From Bacteroidota bacterium (GTDB taxonomy: Bacteria > Bacteroidota > Bacteroidia > Bacteroidales > Prolixibacteraceae), in contig JAMDDG010000033.1 in NCBI GenBank assembly GCA_023488865.1, positions 1-44,658 on the forward strand: a stretch of 44,658 nucleotides of DNA. The letters run 5' to 3'. Within the stretch, counting starts at the first letter, position 1. Each line of letters starts with the position of its first letter. This document shows, piece by piece, positions 27,937 to 36,398 of this stretch. A program made the position numbers and the translations under genes. A model generated the notes under the pieces. It searched no databases and had not been told where the DNA came from. It was given only the letters and a program-made list of their open reading frames with translations.

Positions 27937-30234
27937 TCAATCCTTCACAAGCCTCACAGAAAAGCCACTTTTCTTATCACTGACGGCTGTTGGTGCATTT
28001 ATAGAATTATATTGTAATTGTCTCCTAAATGCGGAAGCAGCATCATTCTGCGTAGCAGACCATATATAATTCTGTAAGCCAAGACTTGAGAATGCTCCTG
28101 TACTACTCACTCGATAACCAGCAGGCACACCCGTAAAACCACTTGTATTCGTTGCGCCGGTATTAGGAGTAGTCCAGTGTACAACGCCCTCTTCTTTCAA
28201 TTGGCCGCCAGCCACATTGCTTCCCCCAAGATAAGTATCAAGCGTAAGCCTTTCAGCGTCAGTAGGTACATGCCAGCCCGCGGGAGCAATGTTACGGGAA
28301 TCGCTTACTGCATGCCAATTGTAAAGCGCACCATAAATATCTTTATTTGCAATATCATTATTATACCAGCAATAAGCTCCTGTAGTTAATCCTTTCCATG
28401 TAGTGCTTCCGGTTATATTGTCTATCGGGTCACCATTGCGAAACCTGGTTACTTTCAGGTTTTCCACCATCCATACCTGATTGCCTATGGTTATAGTATT
28501 ATATACATTCCCATCAATATCTGTAACAGTAATTTGACTATCCTTAATTAGCCTGACAGAAAAACCACTTTTTTTATCACTAATACCATTTGGCGTATTA
28601 GCCGAATTGTATTGTAGCTGTCTGCGGAACGCAGAAGCGGCATCATTCTGTGTAGATGACCATAAATAGTTCTGCAAGCCAAGGCTTGAGAATGCCCCCG
28701 TTCCGCTTACACGGTATCCGGCAGGAACAGCGGTAAAACCACTGGAATTAGTTGCACCTGTATTTGGAGTTGTCCAGTGAACAAGGCCAGCTTCTTTCAT
28801 TGGGCCACCAGCCACACTACTACCCCCCAAATAAGTATCAAGTGCAGCTCTTTCAGCATCAGTAGGCACATGCCAGCCTGCGGGAGCAATAGCACGGCTG
28901 TCGCTTACGGCATGCCAGTTATACAGGGCACCATACGTATCTTTATTTGCAGCATCATTGTTATACCAGCAATAAGCGCCAGTTGTTAACCCCTTCCACG
29001 CAGTATTATCAGTCACATTGGCTATCGGGTCTCCATTACGATATTTGCTTGCTTTAAAATTCTCAACCATCCATACCTGGGTACCTATAGTTACGGTATT
29101 GTAAAGATTCCAATCTATATCAGAGACTGTACCAACAGGAGTATCTGAGGCATTTAAATAATTTTTAACTACTGCCATCTGGGGTTTATCGCCATTAGCA
29201 TCCGGTTCTATGGACAAAGGATAAGTTCCCCACCAGGGGCCACCTGCCCAATAAGTACCGTTTATATTGTTATTTCGAATGTATCTAAGGAAATTATCTA
29301 AAACAACAAGCCAACGTGAATCATCAGCAGGCACACCATATTCTCCGATAAAACCCTTCTTATTATTGGCAGCTAACCAGTCTACAAATGGCTTTACCTT
29401 ATCTACTCCTCTATTAGGATAGGCTTCCTCAAGATCGTAAGAATTTTTATAGGTTCCGGAAGCATCTTTATCAAAATAAACATGGGCCTGAAAAATTAAT
29501 TTATTAGACGGATCTGCTAAATTTTTTAATACATCACTTTTAGAACCAGGTATACCAAACCAGCCGGCACCGCTCCAGGCATCGCCGCTAACCATAATAC
29601 TTGTAGTTAGGTCTGTACTTCTAACCCCGTTAATTGCTTCCTGGGCAATATCAAACCAACTCGGCGTGGTTAACATATCATGAGGTTCATTCATCAGGTC
29701 ATAAGCCCATATATTGGTCTTACTTTTAAAAGCTTCTGCCATCCGGGTCCAGTAATCTCTGAACGCCGCAACGGGGACCTCCGGAGAACCGATAATAAAA
29801 TTTGTACCACTAATATTTCTCCGCCCATAATTATGGCAATCTAATAAAACTACAACCCCCCTCGTATTTGCAGCGTCTACTACTGCCATCACGCGCCCCA
29901 ATTCTGTAGCGTCTAATGCGGCATTCATAACCGGCTGCAACCGCTCCCATTTAAATGGGAAACGAATTAATTTAAGCCCTTTAGAACTGTAATAATCTAA
30001 TTCTCCTGTAGTAGGATAGGTATAATCGGCCCCATAAGACCCCGGAATTTTCCCAAATTCTCCCCCGGCCAGGTTCACTCCAAAAGGAGTTGTAGAAGAA
30101 AATGTGCTTTTTAACTTTCGTTTAGAAAAACCAGACATATCATCAGCTTTTTCCTCATTGATTTCTAATTTTCTACAGCCCCCGTTGATTATTAAAATAC
30201 CCACCAGAAAGGCTAATACAGTTGCTCTTTTCAT
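27937..30234 (-). CDS. Lipoprotein: GH5 glycoside hydrolase fused to two tandem FISUMP (Fibrobacter succinogenes major paralogous, TIGR02145-type) domains
   Basis: Lipobox NGGC. GH5 motifs VNLAGGEFG, DCHNYGRR, MNEPHD (acid/base) and GEYG (nucleophile). Two 200-aa repeats follow, with signature IG.QVWM.ENL...G.P.....W....GAYCWYNND...YGALYNW.A......APAGWHVPT..E...L..GFS..PAGYR...GFSVRL.KD. Confidence 0.85.
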   Translation of the reverse strand: MKRATVLAFLVGILIINGGCRKLEINEEKADDMSGFSKRKLKSTFSSTTPFGVNLAGGEFGKIPGSYGADYTYPTTGELDYYSSKGLKLIRFPFKWERLQPVMNAALDATELGRVMAVVDAANTRGVVVLLDCHNYGRRNISGTNFIIGSPEVPVAAFRDYWTRMAEAFKSKTNIWAYDLMNEPHDMLTTPSWFDIAQEAINGVRSTDLTTSIMVSGDAWSGAGWFGIPGSKSDVLKNLADPSNKLIFQAHVYFDKDASGTYKNSYDLEEAYPNRGVDKVKPFVDWLAANNKKGFIGEYGVPADDSRWLVVLDNFLRYIRNNNINGTYWAGGPWWGTYPLSIEPDANGDKPQMAVVKNYLNASDTPVGTVSDIDWNLYNTVTIGTQVWMVENFKASKYRNGDPIANVTDNTAWKGLTTGAYCWYNNDAANKDTYGALYNWHAVSDSRAIAPAGWHVPTDAERAALDTYLGGSSVAGGPMKEAGLVHWTTPNTGATNSSGFTAVPAGYRVSGTGAFSSLGLQNYLWSSTQNDAASAFRRQLQYNSANTPNGISDKKSGFSVRLIKDSQITVTDIDGNVYNTITIGNQVWMVENLKVTRFRNGDPIDNITGSTTWKGLTTGAYCWYNNDIANKDIYGALYNWHAVSDSRNIAPAGWHVPTDAERLTLDTYLGGSNVAGGQLKEEGVVHWTTPNTGATNTSGFTGVPAGYRVSSTGAFSSLGLQNYIWSATQNDAASAFRRQLQYNSINAPTAVSDKKSGFSVRLVKD
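27940..28539 (-). repeat. FISUMP-coding repeat, copy B (600-bp period)
   Basis: It aligns with 28540-29130 and 30318-30912 at both nucleotide and protein level. Confidence 0.85.
28540..29130 (-). repeat. FISUMP-coding repeat, copy A
   Basis: It begins exactly 600 bp upstream of copy B (ATCCTTAATTAGCCTGACAGAAAAACC versus ATCCTTCACAAGCCTCACAGAAAAGCC). Confidence 0.85.
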
Positions 30235-30314
30235 AATAATTTTGGTTATTGGTTGATTTTGACAGGAAAGCCTTGCAGGAGATTTTACTATTCCTGCAAA
30301 GCTGAAAATCTATA

Positions 30315-32606
30315 TTAATCTTTTATAAGCCTCACAGAAAAACCGCTTCTCTTATCACTGATACTGGTTGGTGTATTAGCCGAATTGTATTGTAATTGCC
30401 TGCGAAAAGCCGTAGAGGCATCGTTTTGCGTAGACGACCATATATAATTCTGCAAGCCAAGACTTGAGAATGCACCGGTTCCGCTTATACGATAGCCGGC
30501 AGGAACGCCCGTAAAGCCACTTGCATTCGTTGCGCCGGTATTGGGAGTTGTCCAGTGAACAATACCCTCTTCTTTCAACTTACCGCCAGCCGCAGCGCTA
30601 CCACCAAGATAGCTATCAAGAGTAGCTCTTTCAGCGTTAGTAGCTACATGCCAGCCTGCGGGAGCAATATTGCGGCTGTCGTTTACAGCATGCCAATTGT
30701 AAAGGGCCCCATAGGTGTCTTTATTGACTGCATCATTATTATACCAGCAATAGGCACCTGTTGTTAATCCCTTCCATGACACACTACCGGTTACGTTAGC
30801 TATTGGATCGCCATTACGATACCTGGTTACTTTCAGATTTTCCACCATCCATACCTGTGTGCCTATAGTGACAGTATTATATACATTCCCGTCTATATCT
30901 GTAACAGTGGCACCCCTCGTGACAAACTTAACCGAATTCCCATAACTTGTGCCTGAACTATTGGTTGCAAATGCACGCACATAATAAGTTGTACTCGCCG
31001 TTAATCCATCCATAATACTGGTATATGTGACCAATCCGGTACCATTTAACATTTTATTATCGCTGGTGGTAGGTGCATCTGTTAAGCTCCAGCATATACC
31101 GCGTTCAGTTACGGGCGCCACTCCTTCTTCTGTAATTGTCCCCCCTCCTTTAGCGGTATTTGCGGTGATATCACTTACTGAAGAAGTTGTTACCACCGGC
31201 AGAATAGATTTTGTCCTGAAAGATAAATTATTCCCATAAGCTGTGCCGGCTTTATTGGTAGCATAAGAACGCACATAATACGTAGTAGAAGGCATTAAAC
31301 CTGTAATTGAACTTATAAAGCTATCTGAATGTTTATCATCAGTGGTTTTATTATCAGAAACAGTGGGGTTTTGGATAAGGCTCCAGCACACTCCCCGGGC
31401 AAATACTTTTGAATCACCTTCGCTGGTTATAGTCCCGCCACTCATTGCTGAGTTTAGTGTGATTGCACTTATCGGATTTGTTGTTAACTCTGGCACCTGA
31501 GTAAAATCTATTACTTTAAGATACCTCTCCACAATTTCCATTTGTGGTTTATCTGCACCGTTTGAGGGTTCTATAGATAAATGATAATTTCCCCACCATG
31601 GGCCACCGGCCCAATAAGTTCCGTTTACTCCGTTTTCCTGTAAATACTTAAGAAAATTGTCCAGCACCAGAAGCCACCTTGAGTCATTCGAAGGCACCCC
31701 ATATTCACCGACAAAACCTTTCTTGTTATTTGCCTTCAGCCAGTCTACAAAAACTTTTACACGGTCCACCCCTTTATTAGGATAGGCCGCTTCACCGTCA
31801 TAAGATTTTTTATATGTACCAGAAGCATCCTTATCAAAATAAACGTGTGCCTGGTAAATCAGTTTATCAGAAGGGTCTGCTAAATTTTTTAATATGTCGC
31901 TCTTGGAACCAGGTATTCCAAACACCCAGGCACCACTCCAGCCATCACCGCTGACTATTATATTTGTATTTAAATCAGTGTTTCTAATCCCGTTAATCGC
32001 TTCCTGGGCAATATCAAACCATTTAACAGAGGGCAACATATCATGAGGCTCATTCATTATATCATAACCCCAGATGCTGCTTTTCTTAGCATTTTTAGTC
32101 TTAAAAACTTCAGCCATACGAGTCCAAAAATCTCCGAATGATTGTACCGGTACCATAGAAGAACCGATAATGTAATTAGTGCCATTAATATTTCTCCTTC
32201 CATAATTATGACAATCCAATAAAATCACCATATCACGTTCATCGGCTTCGTTAACCACATATTTAATTCGGGCAACCTCTGTGGAGTCTAATTCGCCGTT
32301 TAAAACTGGCTGTAACCGTTCCCATTTAAATGGCAAACGAATTAATTTAAGCCCTTTGGAACTGTAATAATCTAATTCTCCTGCGTTAGGGTAAGTATAA
32401 TCTTTCCCATAAATACCTGGAGGCTTTCCAAATTCACCTCCAGCCAGGTTAATTCCAAAATAAGCAGTTTCAGAAACTAATTTATCTGTACTTGATTTAT
32501 ATCCCTGCGCTGCTTTTTCTTGTATAAAGGCTGGATCAACAAATTTTTCACATCCACTTATACTAATTAAAATAATAGAAGCAATTGATAATAATGATTT
32601 TTTCAT
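30315..32606 (-). CDS. Lipoprotein: GH5 glycoside hydrolase + two FN3/Ig-like ~95-aa repeats + one FISUMP domain
   Basis: Lipobox ISGC and the same GH5 motifs as its neighbours. Two repeats follow (..GG.IT.EG...V..RG.CWS....PT.SDN......TY.V...GL..STTYYVR..ATN..G..YG....F), then a C-terminal FISUMP domain. Confidence 0.85.
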   Translation of the reverse strand: MKKSLLSIASIILISISGCEKFVDPAFIQEKAAQGYKSSTDKLVSETAYFGINLAGGEFGKPPGIYGKDYTYPNAGELDYYSSKGLKLIRLPFKWERLQPVLNGELDSTEVARIKYVVNEADERDMVILLDCHNYGRRNINGTNYIIGSSMVPVQSFGDFWTRMAEVFKTKNAKKSSIWGYDIMNEPHDMLPSVKWFDIAQEAINGIRNTDLNTNIIVSGDGWSGAWVFGIPGSKSDILKNLADPSDKLIYQAHVYFDKDASGTYKKSYDGEAAYPNKGVDRVKVFVDWLKANNKKGFVGEYGVPSNDSRWLLVLDNFLKYLQENGVNGTYWAGGPWWGNYHLSIEPSNGADKPQMEIVERYLKVIDFTQVPELTTNPISAITLNSAMSGGTITSEGDSKVFARGVCWSLIQNPTVSDNKTTDDKHSDSFISSITGLMPSTTYYVRSYATNKAGTAYGNNLSFRTKSILPVVTTSSVSDITANTAKGGGTITEEGVAPVTERGICWSLTDAPTTSDNKMLNGTGLVTYTSIMDGLTASTTYYVRAFATNSSGTSYGNSVKFVTRGATVTDIDGNVYNTVTIGTQVWMVENLKVTRYRNGDPIANVTGSVSWKGLTTGAYCWYNNDAVNKDTYGALYNWHAVNDSRNIAPAGWHVATNAERATLDSYLGGSAAAGGKLKEEGIVHWTTPNTGATNASGFTGVPAGYRISGTGAFSSLGLQNYIWSSTQNDASTAFRRQLQYNSANTPTSISDKRSGFSVRLIKD
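30318..30912 (-). repeat. FISUMP-coding repeat, third copy (in the neighbouring gene)
   Basis: High nucleotide similarity to 27940-28539, for example GCGCCGGTATT(A/G)GGAGT(A/T)GTCCAGTG. Confidence 0.8.
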
Positions 32607-32715
32607 GTCATTTAGTTAAAATTTACATCGAGATTGCCCATTAACTATAGTTTTTCAACTGTAATTTCTAGCATTTCTATAAAAAAAGAGGTTTTTACTT
32701 CCTATTTATAAACGA

Positions 32716-33510
32716 CTATTCTATTGGCGTGTAATATCTTACATAATCGAAAATTGCAGCGCTGGGTAATTTTGTTTCGTCCACCGCTTTAGTATCTCCT
32801 ATAAAAGTGGCAATGGTTGTCAGCCAGATGTTAAGGTCGCTGTGAGGCATTTTACTTAGGTCGGTAGTCCTTACCAGTTTGCCATCGAAGTAGTATTTAA
32901 CTTCAGTTGCTGAATATTCGCATCCCAGCGTATGAAAATCCGCAGAAAGATCGGGTGTGACCACCCATTTTCCCTGATCTTCATGTTTGCCTTTCCATCT
33001 GTGCACATTGTCGTGATAGCCAAACTTACTTTTAGAATCATTCTCAAAAATATCCAGTTCCAATGCAGTTGCAGAAGCTCCTGTCCCCTTTCCATCGTAA
33101 CCCATCAGCCAGAAGGAGGTGTGCCAGCCTTCGCCGGGAGGGATTTTTAGGCGTGATTCATAATACCCGTACCTGTAAAGTTTTTTTGAAATAATGCCTG
33201 CCCCGGTGTATTCTTTATCTAAGGATTTTTGTTTTTTAACATTTAAATAAAGAAAACCGTCCGATAAACTAACATTTTCAGGAAGCTGGGTGCTCCAATG
33301 CTTACTATCAGTGCGATACATCCATTTATCCAGGTCAAGCCGGTTCCCATTAAATTCATCATGAAAAGCAAGTTTGTATCTGCTCCCATCTGGAAATGAA
33401 ACTTTTGATGGTTGTGCTACTATACATTGACTGAAGAATATAACGCCGAATAAACAAAAAGATAAAGTCTTAATATTCATAAGATTGCCATGCTGTTTTT
33501 TAAGTTTCAT
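32716..33510 (-). CDS. GH16-family glycoside hydrolase (beta-glucanase-like)
   Basis: Signal peptide, catalytic ExDxxE motif (ELDIFE) and concanavalin-like fold length. The true start is probably the internal ATG at 33480 (MNIKTLSF..). Confidence 0.78.
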   Translation of the reverse strand: MKLKKQHGNLMNIKTLSFCLFGVIFFSQCIVAQPSKVSFPDGSRYKLAFHDEFNGNRLDLDKWMYRTDSKHWSTQLPENVSLSDGFLYLNVKKQKSLDKEYTGAGIISKKLYRYGYYESRLKIPPGEGWHTSFWLMGYDGKGTGASATALELDIFENDSKSKFGYHDNVHRWKGKHEDQGKWVVTPDLSADFHTLGCEYSATEVKYYFDGKLVRTTDLSKMPHSDLNIWLTTIATFIGDTKAVDETKLPSAAIFDYVRYYTPIE

Positions 33511-33597
33511 AATGTTTTTTTAAGTTTTAAAATTGAATGTCGAATTGATTCTTTAATTATTTAGACCCATGAAACCCCTTTGCATTTGTAATGCTTT

Positions 33598-34662
33598 TTA
33601 TTTACAAGATGCAGGAAGGGTTAAATAATTTTTTACAACTCCCATCTGAGGTTTATCGGCTCCATTTGCCGGCTCAATAGATAAAGGGTAGGTTCCCCAC
33701 CAGGGACCTCCGGCCCAATAAGTCCCATTCACACAATTATCCTGTATGTACCTAAGAAAATTATCTAACACAACCAGCCATCTGGCATCATTAGCGGGTA
33801 TGCCATATTCTCCGATAAAGCCCTTCTTATTATTTGCCTTAAGCCAGTCTATAAAAGGCTTAACACGATCCACTCCCCTGGCAGGATATCCACCTTCCGC
33901 ATCATAGGAACCCTGATACGTCCCGGAATTATTTTTATCAAAATATGTGTGAGCCTGAAAAATTAATTTATTTGATGGATCCGACAAATTCTTTAATACA
34001 TCACTTCCGGAACCAGGAGCAGCAAACACACCCGGACTACTCCAACCATCTCCACTCACAATAATGTTTGTCGTTTGATCTATACTCCGAATGCCGTTAA
34101 TTGTTTCCTGTGCAATATCAAACCATGATGGTGAAGCTAACATATCATGAGGTTCATTCATTACATCATAAGCCCAAATCTTCTTTGTTTTAAAAGTAGT
34201 GGCCATCCTGGTCCAGAAATCCTTAAATGTCTGTATAGGTAACTCAGAAGAACCAATAATAAAATTTGTACCGTTTATATTTCTTCTACCATAATTATGG
34301 CAATCCAACACGATCGAAATTTCTCTATTATTTGCTTCATCTATTAAAGTCATCACCCGTTCCAGTTCTGTTACATTTAAAGGCGCATTCATCGCAGGTT
34401 GTAAACGTTCCCACTTAAAAGGTACCCTGACTAATTTAATGCCTTTTGACTTATAGTAATCTAACTCGGCAATATTAGGATATATATAGGCCGTACCATA
34501 AGTGCCCGAAGATGATCCAAATTCCCCTCCTGCCAAATTCACTCCGAAAGGAACGGGCTTTTCTACCGGTATTGGTGGTATAACCGGTGACGGTATTTGT
34601 TTCTTTTTTTGGCAGGATAGCATAATTATTGCCGCTGCTATTACGAATAGAATGTTTTTCAT
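33598..34662 (-). CDS. Stand-alone GH5 glycoside hydrolase lipoprotein
   Basis: Lipobox MLSC. It is a paralogue of the two fused GH5 domains (VNLAGGEFG, DCHNYGRR, MNEPHD, GEYG) with no C-terminal module. Confidence 0.85.
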   Translation of the reverse strand: MKNILFVIAAAIIMLSCQKKKQIPSPVIPPIPVEKPVPFGVNLAGGEFGSSSGTYGTAYIYPNIAELDYYKSKGIKLVRVPFKWERLQPAMNAPLNVTELERVMTLIDEANNREISIVLDCHNYGRRNINGTNFIIGSSELPIQTFKDFWTRMATTFKTKKIWAYDVMNEPHDMLASPSWFDIAQETINGIRSIDQTTNIIVSGDGWSSPGVFAAPGSGSDVLKNLSDPSNKLIFQAHTYFDKNNSGTYQGSYDAEGGYPARGVDRVKPFIDWLKANNKKGFIGEYGIPANDARWLVVLDNFLRYIQDNCVNGTYWAGGPWWGTYPLSIEPANGADKPQMGVVKNYLTLPASCK

Positions 34663-34800
34663 TTTTATATAATTTATTCTTTACATGTTGAAGTCTTCTT
34701 AAATCTGCAGCTACAGCGTAAATCGAGATCGTTCTTGAACTCACAACAAGTTTCAGGCTAACCTTTTCTGTGTATTCTTTGCGGACTTAAATAATCTTAA

Positions 34801-34836
34801 AATATTACCTGGTTTGTCTCCATACCAGGTAATATT
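34801..34836 (-). terminator. Hairpin downstream of susD (terminator/attenuator candidate)
   Basis: Perfect 12-bp stem AATATTACCTGG / CCAGGTAATATT with a 12-nt loop. On the coding (minus) strand it is followed by TTTTAAGATTATTT. Confidence 0.45.
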
Positions 34837-34865
34837 TTATTTGTCAATCTATGTTTAAGTGAATA

Positions 34866-36380
34866 TTACTGCCAATCCGGATTTTGCTTGATGTTAGGGT
34901 TGACCCTTATTTCATCTTGCGGGATAGGAAAATATCTATGTTTTGCCATAGGTGTACGTACAGGATAAACATCGTTTACAGCAGCAGGTATTACTGTAAG
35001 AAAAGTATTTGTCCTTGTTAAATCGTACCATCTGTCTCCTTCAGCAAATAATTCCCAAGAACGTTCCTGTAAAATTGTATTTAAAGAAAGCGTAATCATG
35101 TCGTAAACAGAAGGCAGTGTCATATTTTGTCCAAAAGCCCTTCTCCGAACCTTGTTAAAGAATTCTAACGCTACAGGTGTACTTCCATTCAATCTGAATT
35201 CAGCTTCTGCCGCAATCAAGTAAATATCAGACAAACGAAGAATAGGAACATTATTTCTGGATATTGGCCCGATAGATTGCGGATCCCTATATTTCCTTAT
35301 CAATACCCCTTTTGGTGTAATTGGTGTTATCTTGTTCTGTGGAACTACTTCATTTTTCCTGTTGATATAACTGGTAGCCAATAACAACCTTCTTTTATCT
35401 TCTGGATCAAAAGAATCATAGAAACCCTGATAAGCAAACATAGACCCATAGGTTGTATTGCCATACTCTTTCCCCGCGTTGCCCGGAGGGCCGCATAAGC
35501 CCATCATCCAGTTATAACTATTCACATTATTGGGCAGGCTTTCGGATTCGAAAGCAAACATAACTTCGGTCCGGGCCATATCCTCTTTCCCCACATCAAA
35601 TACGTCAAGTATATTGGGCATCAATGTATATTTTCCTGAATTAATAACCATGCTGGCTTTTTCTTTTGCTATGGCCCAATCACCTGCATACAAGGCTGCT
35701 TTTGCATAAAGACCAATGGCAACTTCTTTTGCCGGGCGTCCCTTTGGTGATGATCCGGAATAAGAAGGAAGCTTGGCTATAGCATCATCCAGATCTTTAT
35801 AGATCTGTTTAAATACATCTGCCTGGGGGCTTGCAGGTAAAGCAATGGCGGATTCATCCTTGCTTGGAGATGTTTTAATGATTACATCCCTGAAATTTTT
35901 TGTAAGGGTGAAATAATAGAATGCCCGTAAAAATAAGGCTTCACCTACAATGGCATCTCTCCGGGTTGGATCCATCTTTATAGCTGGTACTTTTTCAATC
36001 ACCCAATTAGCATTTTCAATCCCCTTGTAACTATACTGCCAGATACCTAAGGGGCCTTCCTGTTGTGCACGACTAAAACTTTTTTGGGTACTGTAATCAA
36101 CATCATAGCTGAATAAGGTAAGTGTGTTTCGTCCAACCACCGGTCTTGGATATGTCTGGTCTGCGCTAAAATCTGAGCATAGAACTGCCCCAGGGCCCCA
36201 GTACAGATAGGATAAAGCCCCATAAGCAGCCGTTAAAGCAGCCTCTGCATCCTGGGAAGTTTGATAAAAATTATCAGTGAAAACAGAAGAGTAAACTTCT
36301 TCCTCTAATTTTCTGCAAGAACTCATTGCTGTTGCCGTTAAGGCAATTATTGCTATATATTTAAAAAATATCCTTTTCAT
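34866..36380 (-). CDS. susD: SusD/RagB-family outer-membrane glycan-binding lipoprotein
   Basis: 504 aa, lipobox MSSC, TPR-like composition, located immediately downstream of susC. Confidence 0.9.
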   Translation of the reverse strand: MKRIFFKYIAIIALTATAMSSCRKLEEEVYSSVFTDNFYQTSQDAEAALTAAYGALSYLYWGPGAVLCSDFSADQTYPRPVVGRNTLTLFSYDVDYSTQKSFSRAQQEGPLGIWQYSYKGIENANWVIEKVPAIKMDPTRRDAIVGEALFLRAFYYFTLTKNFRDVIIKTSPSKDESAIALPASPQADVFKQIYKDLDDAIAKLPSYSGSSPKGRPAKEVAIGLYAKAALYAGDWAIAKEKASMVINSGKYTLMPNILDVFDVGKEDMARTEVMFAFESESLPNNVNSYNWMMGLCGPPGNAGKEYGNTTYGSMFAYQGFYDSFDPEDKRRLLLATSYINRKNEVVPQNKITPITPKGVLIRKYRDPQSIGPISRNNVPILRLSDIYLIAAEAEFRLNGSTPVALEFFNKVRRRAFGQNMTLPSVYDMITLSLNTILQERSWELFAEGDRWYDLTRTNTFLTVIPAAVNDVYPVRTPMAKHRYFPIPQDEIRVNPNIKQNPDWQ

Positions 36381-36398
36381 TTCCTGAAGTTTTTAAAG

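Noticed and set aside
27940-30912. Diversity-generating retroelement (template/variable repeat) explanation for the three similar FISUMP segments.
   Set aside because: The window holds no reverse transcriptase or accessory gene. Differences between copies are spread over all four bases and along the whole 600 bp rather than being adenine-specific in a short C-terminal tract.
34475-34744. 89-aa ORF overlapping the 5' end of the stand-alone GH5 gene.
   Set aside because: It is an alternative frame of the GH5 signal-peptide region extended into the spacer. The GH5 frame has clear paralogue support.
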